From assembly GCF_009914755.1 (NCBI RefSeq), contig NC_060927.1: DNA of 64,000 nucleotides, one strand, 5' to 3'. Of this stretch, positions 49,668 through 64,000 are shown piece by piece. The translations under genes were made by a program, and so were the position numbers. How positions within the stretch are numbered: the stretch's first letter is position 1; every line of letters begins with the position of its first letter. The notes beneath the pieces were generated by a model. It searched no databases and was not told the origin of the DNA. It saw nothing but the letters and a program-made list of their open reading frames with translations. Origin of the DNA: the human T2T-CHM13v2.0 reference genome, Homo sapiens.

Positions 49668-51631
49668 CTTTAAGAAGAAATTGTAAATGTGTTAACAAGA
49701 AAATAAAACATTACATGTTCATGTTCACAATGTTAGAGGCATAGGAAAGACTTGCTATTTCTTAAGTTATAATCTTATATGAGCTTTTTATATGTTAAAT
49801 AATATATCCTTTCTCCAGCACCAAACAGAAAAAATTATGTATAAGCAGTTAAAACAGATTTGCTTTTAAGAAATAAATTGCTATTTCTGCTAAAGCAGCC
49901 ATGATTTTCTTAAGTTTTACACAGATCACCATAGCCTTCTCATAAAACCCATGAATATTCTTTAGTGTAACCAATAACTCTTCCTAGGTTGCTTAGAAAT
50001 CATTGTTTTCTCTTCCCAAAGATACAGTAAAGATTTCAATCATTTCATCACCCAGGAGAAAATTCTTCCCCACAGTGAACTGTTTTTAAACAAGGAAAAA
50101 AAAAAGTTCATCACAGAAAGAAATCAATTGTAAACTTTTAGAAACTAAAAACACACTCTTAATGTAAAAACCCGATTATTTTCAGCTGCAATGACTGCTT
50201 TCCAGTTATTCTAGACCACTCACAGAATTAACAGTGATTTATTACAGCAAGAAAAATAAGCAGAATAACACACACCTAGTTAAGTTTGGATTGAAAAAAA
50301 ATCTTGGTTTTCTGGTTAGGTTAGAAATTATTATGTATATGAAACTAAAGAATAAAATGCAATAACAAATGAAAAATATAATAAAAATCTGATGTAATTC
50401 CCCTCAAAATTCTTTCTTCTGCATATTTAAAGTTATGAAAGTACCAAGTCACATAACACTTTCAGAGAATAAAAAAGATGACTATCCTTTAAACAAACTT
50501 TAGAAGATATGCTTACACACATTAATGGTTCTACTTCAATTACCTGAGGAATTATACATAAAAGCTGTATAAAGTAACACTGTAACACAAAATAACCATT
50601 TTCTTCCAAATGTACAGGCTTTTAATAAAGGGGAATATTCAAACTTCAAATAACACATTATTTTCAGCACAGTACCACAGCTAAATGATATGACAAAATG
50701 CTTAAAGACAACCTAGTTTCATGGTTAAAAAATTAAACAGTATGCATTTGGGCTACATCAAGCAGTAAGTTAAAAATGAGTAGCTAATACTTCATTATAT
50801 ATAAAAATAAAATTAAATATAATACTTTATGTTTAGTCCCACCATTAAATAATAGTCTACCTTTGAATAATTCGGTGAAAGTCCACTCAACAAATAAAAA
50901 TTGTACTTATAAAACTGCTATTTAAGCAAAGCTACCCAACTTACAGACATTTGAGATTTTATGAATATTTCAAATTACTTATTTCCCAATGGTATATTGA
51001 GATTACTCAAACTGGTATTTTACGTTGCTAAAAAAATTAATAATACAACTTCACTTTATTCTGCTTAAGCAATTACAGAAGAAAAGGGCAAGAAAGAATA
51101 GGATATTTAAAGTTACAAAAGAAATTACATTTTAAAAACACTATGGCAAGAAAGCCTTTTGGTCCCTCTGCCGATTTTTTACCAAACATGCAGTGGAAAA
51201 AGTTGGTTTTTATCAAAATCTAATTTATACCATAATTATTATGTTAGCTGTTTATCAGTACCAACTCATCATCATTTTATAGAAGTTACCTTTTGATTCT
51301 ATTCATTTAGAAAGTCTCGCTAATATTGAAATATATATAAACGAAATGATATAAGGTGTTATATTTACTTCAAAATAAAACAATGGAAGGTTGGGAGTAG
51401 GAGGGGTTATGAATCAAATAGAAGTACACGAGTTGATTGCTGCAGCTGGTGATGGGTATACATAGAGTTCATTGTACTATTCTTTCTACATTTGAATATT
51501 TCTGAAATTTTGCATAATAAAAAGTAAACCAAAAAATCACTTTGAGCCAAGTACTCAGTTTTAAAGAGGTTAATAGCTAAAGTAGTTGTGAAATACTCTG
51601 GGTCAGGGTTGCTATTAAGATACTGGCATTC

Positions 51632-51735
51632 AGCCAAGTGCAGTGGCTCATGCCTGTAATCCTAGCACTGTGGGAGGCCAAGGCTGGTGGATCACTTGAA
51701 ACCAGGAGTTCAAAACCAGTCTGGCCAACATGGGT
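51632..51735 (+). mobile_element. Partial Alu left arm
   Basis: Ends abruptly after GGCCAACATGG. Confidence 0.85.
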
Positions 51736-52290
51736 GAGCAAAATTATGTTTCTTAAGCCTTATTACCGATGCTTGGGTCAAATTATTTAGGGGCTTTTTA
51801 GTTCCTCCTTCTGGAATATCCTTGCCCTTTTACTGCCTCTACCCCCAATCTCTAAGTGAATTATAGAGCTTCACTGTTGTCCAAGTTGGAACTATACACA
51901 ATGGTATATAAATTTTAGTAACAGAATAAGCATTTCTATAGCTTCCTATGATTTGCAACATATTTTCTTTTATATTACTTCTCTAGAGCCTCACACAGTC
52001 CCCCTGGGTAAAGACAGGTATTGCTATCTTTTCACAGATGGAGAAAATGAATTTTAATAATAACTGTGATTTACCTATACTCAAATGTCACTGAGTGGTA
52101 GAGGGAGGTATAGAGAGACCTAGAACCAGGTCTGAGATTACAGGGTCACTTGAACCAAGGTGCAATGAGGGCTTTTTCTTCATCTGAAATAATTTCACGT
52201 AGACTCTTTCCAAGTCTTTTAGTTGTAGTTGTTTGATTTTCCATGTTACCTGTTCTACTACTCGCTGTCTTGGTTAAGGATCCCAAAGTC

Positions 52291-52340
52291 TTTTTTTTTT
52301 TTTTTTTTTTTTGAGATGGAGTCTTGCTCTGTCACCCAGG
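52291..52340 (-). mobile_element. Alu 3' stub
   Basis: T22 plus GAGATGGAGTCTTGCTCTGTCACCCAGG. Confidence 0.85.
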
Positions 52341-52366
52341 GTAGGACTTTTTAAAACTCAAGTTTA

Positions 52367-52696
<330 letters not shown>

Positions 52697-53892
52697 TTAC
52701 CATTCTATTTCATCAACAAAGGATCTTGTAGTGATTGCTGCTGTAACAGACTGAAGCAGCCTTACAAAGTTTCAGAGGGCAATATTACATTTTTAAAAAT
52801 CGTGTTAAAATACATTCTAAGATCCAATTATTTTAAAATAGGTCAAAATAGTTTAGAAAATCCACTTTTACAATCTGCATTGTATTTCTCCTTCTCAGCA
52901 TTGATCAAAGTTTCATTATGTTATTTGTCTAGTGTTTCTTTCTCCTCTACTCAATTATGAACAAGTGCTTTACAAGTGCTTTTCCAATGCAAAACTCACA
53001 AACTCCAGAGAATTCTTCTTAGATCCTAATTTGAGACACATTGCATTCAAAGTTAAATGCTATGACTGAGGTGATCACTGCAGGTTAAAATGATTGTAAA
53101 AACAAATGGGGTGGATTCTGGAAAGAAGGTAGAGTAGGAAGCACCACAAATCTGTTTCTCCACCTTGAACACAATTTTAGTGGCAGCATGTGTCTGATGT
53201 AGATGTTTTGGAACTTGGAGTCTACTGAAGGCTGGCAACTTCCAGGTGAACTGTAGTTAATTTCAGTGACCTGCAGGCTTAGCACAGCAGCAGCTCCCCA
53301 CACTCTATCCCTCAGTCAACTGTGTACCGCCTGCACAAGCCACGGTGGGCAGAGAAAATTACATTCTCCAAATACTGGAGATCTGTGCTCTGAATGCTGC
53401 TTCTCATCACAAAGGTGCAAACAGGCCCTGGATACTGCTGTTCCACCTCCTCCTCATTGTTGGAAACCCCACCCCAACCTCCCAGGCTGAACTGACTTCC
53501 AGGAGATTGAAAGAGCTGGAGGCCTCCCCTTCCTACACACCAATTCAATTTTCTTTTTCCCCTTTTGGGAGCCAGACATTGAAGACTAGGACATTAAAAA
53601 CCAACCACATGTATGGAGGAAATTAGAAAGTCACTGTGCATGCCCAGGGGAAGGCATAGGCTCAGAAAATATCTAAGAAGACCCTACGTTTACACCTGAG
53701 GCTGATCTTTGATAGCCTACAACAATCAGAAAAACAATAACAACAAAAAAAGAAAACCCTGGAGAAGAAGGAGAATCTGATTTTCAGAGTTACCAAATTA
53801 TTAAATTCAAGTGTGCTGTTTAAATAAACAAGAATAAGTGGCTTATTAAAAAAAATATAAATCAATATAAACTGTTCCTTAAAAAAAAATAA

Positions 53893-54215
53893 GGCTGGGT
53901 GTGGTGGCTTACGCCTGTAATCCTAGCACTTTGGGAGGCTGAGGCGGGCAGATCACAAGGTCAGGAGTTTGAGACCAGCCTGGCCAACATACTGAAACCC
54001 TGTCTCTACTAAAAATACAAAAAATTAGCTGGGTGTGGTGGCAGGTGCCTATAATCCCAGCTACTTGGAAGGCTGAGGCAGAAGAATCACTTGAACCTAG
54101 GAGGTGGAGGTTGCAATGAGCCGAGATGACACCACTGTACTCTAGCCTGGGCAACAGAGCAAGACTCTGTCAAAAAAAACAAAACAAAACCAAAAAACCA
54201 AAAAAACCCACAAAA
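53893..54215 (+). mobile_element. Alu (Sg-like)
   Basis: Full dimer. Confidence 0.94.
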
Positions 54216-54265
54216 ACCTGATAGCAAATCTACTAGACAAAGACTTTATTAAAGAATTAAAAGAT

Positions 54266-54614
<349 letters not shown>

Positions 54615-55519
54615 TCAATGAAGAGAAATAAAAATTATAAAATTCAGGAAATGAGAAGTACAATAACAGAAAATTCACTGGAGAGATTCAAAAGCATATC
54701 TGAGCAGGTAAAAAAAGTAGTGAACATGAGATAGGACAAGGGAAAGTACTGAGTCTGAAGAACAGAAATAAAAGAGATTCAAGAAAAGTGAACAGAACCT
54801 AAGGGACCCGTGAGACATCATCAAGCAGACCAACTAATGCATTGTGGGAGTTGCATGAGAAATGACAGATAAAAGAGTAGAAAAAATATTTGAATAATAG
54901 CCAAAACTTCTCAGATTTCATGAAACACATGAATATAAACATCCAAGAAGCTCAATAAACAATAATGAAATCCAACAGACTCACACTGAGACACATTATA
55001 CTAGAACTGTCAAAGGCCAAAAACAAAGGGAGATTTTTGAAAGCAACAAGAGAAGTGACTTGTCACATACAACAAATCCTCAATGAGATTATCAGCAGAC
55101 TTCACATCAGACACTCTGGAGGTCATATGGCAGTGGGTGGAAATACTCACTGCTAAAATAAGACGAAAAAAACCCAAACCTGTCAACTAAGAATCCTATA
55201 TCCAGCAAGACAGTCCCTCAAAATTAAGGGGGAAATTAAGATGTTCTCTGATGAACAAAAGCTGAGGGAGTTTGTTATCACTAGAACTGCCCTGAAAGAT
55301 GTGCTAAAGGTAGCAGTTCAGGTTGAAATGAAAGAAAACTAGACAGCAACTCAAAGTCATATGAAGAAATAAAGATCTCAGTAAAGGTAAATACATAGGT
55401 AATAATAAACACTAGTTAGTAATATTGTAACAATGGTTATGTAAATCTGCTTTTGGTTTTCCACATGATTGAAGAGACCATTACATTTTCAAATTTAAAA
55501 AAAAAAAAAACTTAGCCTA

Positions 55520-55839
<320 letters not shown>

Positions 55840-58208
55840 GCCTAATATTAATAAACAAAGTCAATATTGGTAAATAACGAAAATCAATTATTAGTTTAAA
55901 AGCTAACATTATAACTTTGATTTGTAACTTCATATTTTGTCTCCTACATAATTTAAGAAACGAACGCATTAAAAATTACTAGTTTCTGTTTTTGGGCATA
56001 CAATATATGAAGATGTAATTCTGTGACATCAACAACTGAAAGGGGTTGGGACAGAGCAGTTAAAGGGGCAGAGGTTTTGTATATTATTGCAGTTAAGCTT
56101 GTACAAATTGAGATTAGAAGTGTCTAGGATGTTAAATGTAATCCCCATGGTAACCACACAAAATATAACTAAAGAATAGACACAAAGGAAACAAGAAAGT
56201 TAAATGTTTCACTACAAAAAATTAATCAAAGACCAAAGAAGACAGTAATGCAGGAAATGAGGAACAAAAAAGCTACAAGGCATATATATAAAGAAAACAA
56301 ATAGCAAAATGACAAAAGTCTTTCCTTACCAATAATTACTTTAAATGTAAATAAACTCTTCAATCAAAAGACAGAAATTGGCAGAATAAAAATTTTAAAA
56401 TGTTCCAACCACAAGCTGTACACAAGAGACTCACTGTAGATCCAGAGACACAAATATGCTGAAACTGAAGGACAGAAAGGGGTATTTCATGCAACAGTAA
56501 CCAAAGGAGAGCAGGAGTGGCTGTACTCATAACAGACAAAATAGACTTTAAATAAAAAGAAGGTTATGAGACAACAAAGGTATTATACATTAATAAAAGG
56601 TTCAATATAGGAATGTAACAATTACAAAAATTAACGCACCTAATAGCAGACCATCAAAATGTTAAGTAGCAAAAATGAGACAGAATTGAAGAAAGAAATG
56701 GTTCTACAATAATAGCTGGAGACTTCAATACCACATTCTCCATAATGGGCAGAACAACCAGACATATGATAAGTAAGGAAATAGAGGAGATGAACAAACA
56801 CAATATACCAAAGAGACACAGAACTCTAACAATAACAGAACACACATTCTTCTCAAGTGCACATGGGAATAGAAGGAAACTATGTCAACCTAAGAAAAAC
56901 CATATACAAAACACACACAGTGAACATCATACTCAGTGGTGAAAGACTGAAAGCTTTTCCTCTAAGATAAGGAAGAAGGCAAGTATGTCTGCTTTCACCA
57001 CTTGTACTCAACATGACCACTAGCTGAATAGTTGAAGTTGTTGTCAAAGCAATTAGGCAAGAAAAAGAAATAAAAGACATCCAAATTAGAAAGGAAGAAG
57101 CAAAATTACTTGTTCACAAATGATATGATCTTATATGTAAAACACCCTAAAGATTCTACACAAAAACTGTTAGAATTATTAAACCAATTAAGCAAAGTAG
57201 CAGGATACAAAGTCAATACACAAAAATCAGTTGTATTTCTTCTAACACTGAACAATCTAAAATGGAAATTAAGAAAACAATTCTGTTTATTATAGCATCG
57301 AAAAGAACAAATTTTCAGAACACTGAGCCTCCTAAATGAAGAATTAACTTCATCAAGAAAGTAAAAAACTTGGGCAATGAAAACTATAAAACATGTATGA
57401 AAGAAATTAAGAAGACATAAATAAATGGGAAGGGATCTGTGGTCATAGATTGGAAGACTTACTATTGCAAAAATGTCAATATTACCCAAAGCAATCTATA
57501 GACTTAATGCAATTCCTATCAAAATCCCAGTAGGGTTTTCAAAGAAATAGAATAACCCATCCTAAAAGTCACATAGAATTTCACGGTACCCTGAAAGCCA
57601 AAATGGTAATGAAAAAGAAAAACAAAGGTGGCGGGCTAACACTTCCTGATTCCAAAACTTACTACAAAGTTACAGTAACAGAAACAGTCTGGTACTGGCA
57701 TGCAGACAGACATACAGAAGGGAATAAAACAGAATCCAGAAATAAATGCCATATACAATTATCAACCTACAATGGATCATGATCTAAATGTAAAACCTAA
57801 AACTTAAAACTGTTAGAAGAAAACACAGGCTAAAAGCGAGACACTGGAATTGTCAATGATTTCTTGGATATGACACAAAGGTACAGACATGTCTTGTCTG
57901 TAATCTCTGACAAGACATGAGACCCAGAATACACAGAGGAACTCCTAAAACTCGACGATAAAACCAAACACCCTAATTAAAAAATGGTCAAGGAACTCAT
58001 ACAGACATTTTCCCAAAGAAGACACACACATGGACAATAAGCACATGAACAGATGTGTCACAAATGCAAATCAAAACTACAATGAGATGTCACCTCACAC
58101 CCACTAGCCTGGCTACTATGAAGAAAACAGAAAATAAAAAGTGTTGGTGAGGATGTGGAGAAATTGGAATCCTTGTGCACTTTGGTGGAAATATAAAATT
58201 CTACAACT

Positions 58209-58563
<355 letters not shown>

Positions 58564-58879
58564 CTAAGGTAATTACTCTCACATTATGCGGGAGCTATTT
58601 GTTAAACTTGTCTCTTGCACAAACACCTAGTAGGCCCCTAGAGGACAGAGACGATGTTCTATTCATCTTCAAAGCACATATTCAAATATCAAAAAACACC
58701 ATGCACAAAAAATTAGCTCTTAAAGCATTTTCAACAATACTTTAATTACATGATAGCTTTTCAGAACTGATAGAAATAAAGGTTTAAAACATCTAGTTTT
58801 AAAGCAGAGTATTTACTCTAGGGTGCAAATAAGCCTCTGGATTTAATAGGCTAGTATCACAGAGATTATGTGTTTACAC

Positions 58880-60010
58880 TCCCAGTAAGAAGAACTAGTA
58901 ACTGTCACCTACTCTGTACTCAGTTTCTATGTGGAGAAACTGAGGCTCTCAGAAGTTGAGTAATTTCCACACCATCACACGTAGAAACAGGTGAAGCTAG
59001 GAAGTGGTGGAGTCGGGTAGGACTATAAACTCCACGTTCTTTCTGCAATATTAAGCAGCCATTAAATATTACCTTTATCTGTGCCACTCTGTATAATAAG
59101 CATAATTCTGATTTGTAGAAGACTTTCATAAAGTACAAACAATATGATCAATGTGAAAGTACTCTGAAAAGTATAAAAGTGTTCTACAAATCATGAAAGA
59201 CTATATACTTTTTAAAAAGTTTTCATCTATGTATCTTTCTAATTTGCCTGACTCTCAAACTCATTTTAAAGGAGTCAGGTTGGCGTTACCCCCCATTTTA
59301 ATAGATGAAGGGGGTATAAAACTCAGAGAGGGTAACTAGCTTGAGTGGCAAAGACAGACTAGATTCTAAATCTTTTCTTCTGTTTTTATTTCTAATACAT
59401 CCTAACGCATCTAAATGTAAAGTAGTGGATCTTTTAAGAATACATATTCACTTAATATGTTGAAATTGGGTTATATGTTAGTATGTATTTTAAATTTTAC
59501 TTGGGGACGGATATTTTAGTCCATTATTTTAATTTTATAATGTACACATTGTACTTCACTAATTAGGAACACACTTATTCTGGAAAATGAGGTGCACTCA
59601 TTGGCTTCTCACATAACACAACAAAAATGGTAAAACTATCTTTCATGAACTTCCGTAGTGTATTTAAAACCTAAAGTGAAGCTATGCAGAATAAATAGGT
59701 CTTTTTTGTGTGTATCCTCAATAAATATCCTCATTTAAAAAAACAAAACAAAACTTGTTCCTTAGTTTGCTGTCTCAGAGAAATATGAGATAACACTAAA
59801 AATATGGGCGGCTAAGATTATGTGCCAGTACCTGACGTGCATTAAGCATCCTCTCCATCACTGTAAAGCGCCTCAAGTTAGTACTCCTGTCTATCTTCAG
59901 TGTTACAGATGAGTAAATGGAAGTGCGCTGTGGTTAAGTGAAGTGTGCAGTTACACAGGTTAAGTGGTAGGACTGGAATTCCAACCCCAGGTCATTCTGA
60001 CTTTAAAACG
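58880..60010 (-). mobile_element. Three MIR fragments (about 58900, 59290, 59880)
   Basis: Cores GGAGAAACTGAGGCTC, CCCCATTTTAATAGATGA, TTACAGATGAGTAAATGGA. Confidence 0.65.
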
Positions 60011-60929
60011 TGTATTTTTATAAGACTATGCAAGATCTCAACAATTTTCAAATGCAGTGGGATGCTAAGTTAGGGTTGCTTGGAGTAAATAAATGAGAGA
60101 ATTCTGAATAGGAAAAGACAGGCTCCCAAATGAATATAAAGAGACTGGTACAAATTCTCAAAGGATTCCAGAAAACTATTTTAACACCAAAAAATTGACT
60201 GAAGTGAGAAGAGTAAAATAAACTTTCAATTCTATTAAAAAAAAAAAAAACTGTACTAATAAACTCTATATATTTGGAAAGATGTTACATTATTATGATG
60301 CCATAATAACCCTTAAACTGTTTGCTCAGAATTATATTTTATTTATAAATTCAATTTTTTTCCTGCAATATAGAGAGAATATCCATTTGGATTCATCTAT
60401 TCATTGTTGGTTTTATGACTTAATTTTTAATTATTTTCATAATCAAAAATTATATAGTAGCAGTATTATTATAATGATTACAATTCAGTCTTATTACAGT
60501 AAGGCTGAAGTCATTGTAACACTGTAATTTCCCCTAGAATCCTTGGTTGTATGGATGTTCCCACTGACTTCACTTTTTAGGAGAGGGGAAGGGCACTGAG
60601 ATGTGAATAATCACAGCTGATATATCATTTTTTCCCCAATGGAGCTTATTTTGAAACTGTTTACACAGCAAACATATGTTTACCCAGATTTTAGGCTACA
60701 GATCAATAATGGCAAAAAAAAATCTATGGGTTCATTTATTTACACTTTAAATGAGATCGTGATCTTTCACACCAAAGATCTTTATTATTATCTTTAATAC
60801 CACTACCATTATTTTGACTTTGGATAACTGTTGGAAGGGCAGTTAATGTCTCAAGCCACCCCTTGGAAGTAGTAAAGCTTTGAAAAACTAAAAATGATTA
60901 GACTCTCTCACATTTGGCTATTATTTTTA

Positions 60930-61027
60930 AACTGTTACACATAATTTTTTAAAAGTAAAATTTTACAACAGATTTACAGAAAAGTTGTGAAGATAGCACA
61001 GAGCATTCCCATATACTCCCAGATATG
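60930..61027 (-). mobile_element. Tiny L1M 3' fragment between 16-bp direct repeats
   Basis: AGATTTACAGAAAAGTTGTGAAGATAGCACAGAGCATTCCCATATAC; flanks TTGGCTATTATTTTTA. Confidence 0.7.
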
Positions 61028-61507
61028 TTGGCTATTATTTTTACCTAATAAATGTGAAGTGTGTTATCTAATCAAATAACATAAGAATGAATATTTCCAA
61101 AGAAGATAAATATATAACAGGAAACAAAGTGTTAAATAAAATGATACATTGGTACAAGATCAGGAGTACAATGATTTTTACTAACTTTAGAAGAATAAAG
61201 TGTTCTAAAGTAAAAATGTTTAAAAACTGTTTTAAGCAGATTTCTAAGTACAAAGGCATGAAAACAAATCTAAGGTTCAATATTATGAAGTTCATTGTGT
61301 CCCATTTCACAGACAACCTAATAAAATGGCAAATCCTGACTCCACTTATATTAAATCCCAAATGTTTAAGTCCCTAAAACTACTAACTGAAGCCCAAAGT
61401 AAATTACCAAATTACAAAAAACAGCTCAAACAGTTTTAAAAAAGAACACAAATGAAACATTAAAAGCAAATGAAATTTTTATAAAGAAAAAAGAAACTAA
61501 TAAAAAC

Positions 61508-61606
61508 CTGTGGTATGGTGGGTAGGATGACAGTATTCTCAGCAGGGACTGGCAGGACAGGGATCACAGGGACAGTGGGAGGAGAGGGAAGAACAGCTTC
61601 TGTTGG
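61508..61606 (-). CDS. DLG1: DLG1 exon, proline-rich alternative insert I1A (PTEAVLPSPPTVPVIPVLPVPAENTVILPTIPQ)
   Basis: 99 nt, phase 0/0, acceptor TTTTTAG, weak donor CAG|GTTTTT; translation matches recalled DLG1 I1A. Confidence 0.96.
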
Positions 61607-62484
61607 CTAAAAATCATCAATGACAAAAAATCAGGAAAAACACCAAAATAAAAGGGAAACACATAACAAAAAGCTGTGCCATAAAGATAAATTATAGTTT
61701 TCAGAAATAACTATGCAACAGGAAAAACATTAATACATTACACTAATATAAATGAGAAAATATTCTCTAGAAATTGTTTTAGAAAGTTATACCCCCATAA
61801 TAATTTTAATGATTCTGTAATAAAATGAATGCCTACTCTTTAGATGCTTAAATCATAATAATAAAAGATTATCATTTACAATATTCCTTCCTTCTCTGGG
61901 AGATAAGACACTTGCTTCATAGACAGACTGCAAAATATTTTTTCTAGCACTCAGAATACATCTCACTACTTTCCTCTATGCATTCAGAAAACTAAAAGTA
62001 ATTTTATTAGCCCAATCAGGCAGACAAAGAGAGTTTACAAATCCGTGATACTAACTTCTGTTATCAAGAACAGTAATAACTTGCCTCAACATGCCTGTAA
62101 TTAATTCAACTAACATTGATTGTCTATTACATGCCAGACATATCTGGCAAAAATGAAAAAACAACGTAGAGAGAACCTGGTATAAATTAAACTAAAAAGT
62201 TCACTGTTTTATCTGGCTTGTTATTTTTAAAAGGATGAAACTGGAACACAGGAAAGTTGTTTAGTAATAAGACCCATTTGCTATATAAATAAAATATCTT
62301 ATATATGTAAGAAAAACACTAAAATCAAGCAGATGAGGACAGCCTGCCTTAACAGGCCTTAAAACAGGAAGAACAAATTGCCAGACTAAAAAAAGGGCTT
62401 ATCTTCATTCATAAATGCAAAATAAAATGGCAATGATCTTTTCTGCCTACCAAATTAGTCAAATTAAGATTTATTAACAATGTA

Positions 62485-63810
62485 TGGAGTCTCTTCAACA
62501 ATGGTGCTGAGACAACTGGATATCCACATGCAAAAGATGAAGGTCTATAGACCCCCATCTCACATTATATATAAAAATTAACTCAAAATTGATTAACAAC
62601 CTAAATATGAGATTTGAAAACATAAAACTCTTACAAGAGAACATAGGGTTAATCTTTGTGACCGTGGATTTGGTAATGGAACCTTAGAAATCATAAATGA
62701 TGAAAGAAAAAAATCAATTAGACTCTAACAGAATTAAAACCTTTTGTGCACCAAAGGGCATTACCAAGCAAGTGAAAAGACAGCCTACACAATGGGAGAA
62801 GGTATTTGCAAATCATACACCTGATAAGGGTTTAATATCCAGAACATTTAAAGACTCTTACAACGCAACAACACAAAGAGAAACAACCCAATTAATGAAT
62901 GTGTGAAGAGCTTGAATAATTTCTGCAAAGAAGGTATACAAGTGGCCAATTAGCACACGAAAAGATGCTCGACATCATTAGTCCTTAGGGTAATACAAAT
63001 AAAAGCTATAATGAGAGATTACTTCACCACTACAAGGGAAGTGTCTAATTAAAACAAAACAAAAAACAAAGTAACAAGTGGTGGCAAGGATGTGGAGAAA
63101 CTGGAACTCTGGTACAATGCTGGTGGGAAATGTAAAATGGTACAGCTTCTGAGGAAACTTTTAGTGGTTTCTTAAAAACCAACCATAGAATCAGCATCTG
63201 ATCTAGCAATTGGGTAGGTAAATATGCACTGGGTAGGCATATTCCCAAAAGTGAGAGCAAGGACTTGGACACTTGTATGCCAATGTTCAATGCAGCATCA
63301 CACACAACAGTCAAAAGGCGGAAAGAAACCACGTGTCTATCAGGAGATGAACGGATACACAAAACGTGATAATATACACACAATGGGTATGATTTTTTTT
63401 TTTTTTTTGAGATGGAGTCTCGCTCTGTTGCCCAGGCTGGAGTGCAGTGGTGCAATCTCAGCTCACTGTAACGTCCGCCTCCCGGGTTCAAGCAATTCTC
63501 TGCCTCAGCCTCCCAAGTAGCTGGGATGACAGGCACCTGCCACCATGCTCAGCTATTTTTTTTTTTTTTTTTTTTTTGTATTTTTAGTAGAGACAGGGTT
63601 TTACCATCTTGGCCAGGCTGGTCTTGAACTCCTGACCTTGTGATCCACCCACCTTGGCCTTCCAAAGTGTTGAGATTACAGGTGTGAGCCACTGCACCCA
63701 GCCCTAGGAATAAAATTCTTAATCATGCTAGAAGATGGATGAGCCTTTAAAACATTAAGTGAAATTAGCCAGACACAAAAGGATAAATATTGCATGATTC
63801 CACTTAAAAG
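62485..63810 (+). mobile_element. L1M ORF2 C-terminus and 3' region
   Basis: ORF 62697..62906 IKTFCAPKG...VKRQPTQWEKVFANH. Confidence 0.85.
63393..63703 (-). mobile_element. Alu (S-like)
   Basis: Full dimer, long T linker. Confidence 0.94.
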
Positions 63811-63976
63811 ACTAGTAAGTTATACATATTTTACCAATAAAAAATATTCCAAAAAAGCTTTTAAAAATGCATGAAAACTGGTCCTCTCACACTGCTGTTG
63901 GATATACAAATTCACACAAACTTTAGGGAAAGTAATTTGGCAGTAAATATCTAGAGCTTTAAAAATGTCTAAACTT

Positions 63977-64000
63977 GGCCAGGCACAGTGGTTCACACCT
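63977..64000 (+). mobile_element. Alu 5' start, cut by the window edge
   Basis: GGCCAGGCACAGTGGTTCACACCT. Confidence 0.8.

Overview
Primate, almost certainly human, genomic DNA (it carries an AluYa5). The window lies entirely inside DLG1 (SAP97/hDlg, MAGUK scaffold, 3q29), transcribed on the minus strand. I delineated ten GT-AG coding exons (1162 nt). They splice in frame and encode about residues 162-549 of the long isoform: proline-rich inserts I1A and I1B, then PDZ1, PDZ2 and PDZ3. The rest is intron packed with about 35 Alu copies or fragments, old L1 remnants, a full-length Tigger1, several LTRs, MIR/L2 pieces, a 12x33-bp minisatellite and microsatellites. Nearly all listed ORFs are repeat artefacts. 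I see no clearly new multi-gene system. The best leads are splicing-level: phase-symmetric exon blocks that would give stop-free circular ORFs, a perfect palindrome/hairpin on the I1B donor, a candidate 68-nt cryptic exon, and competing splice sites. Repeat subfamily names and boundaries are by eye and approximate.
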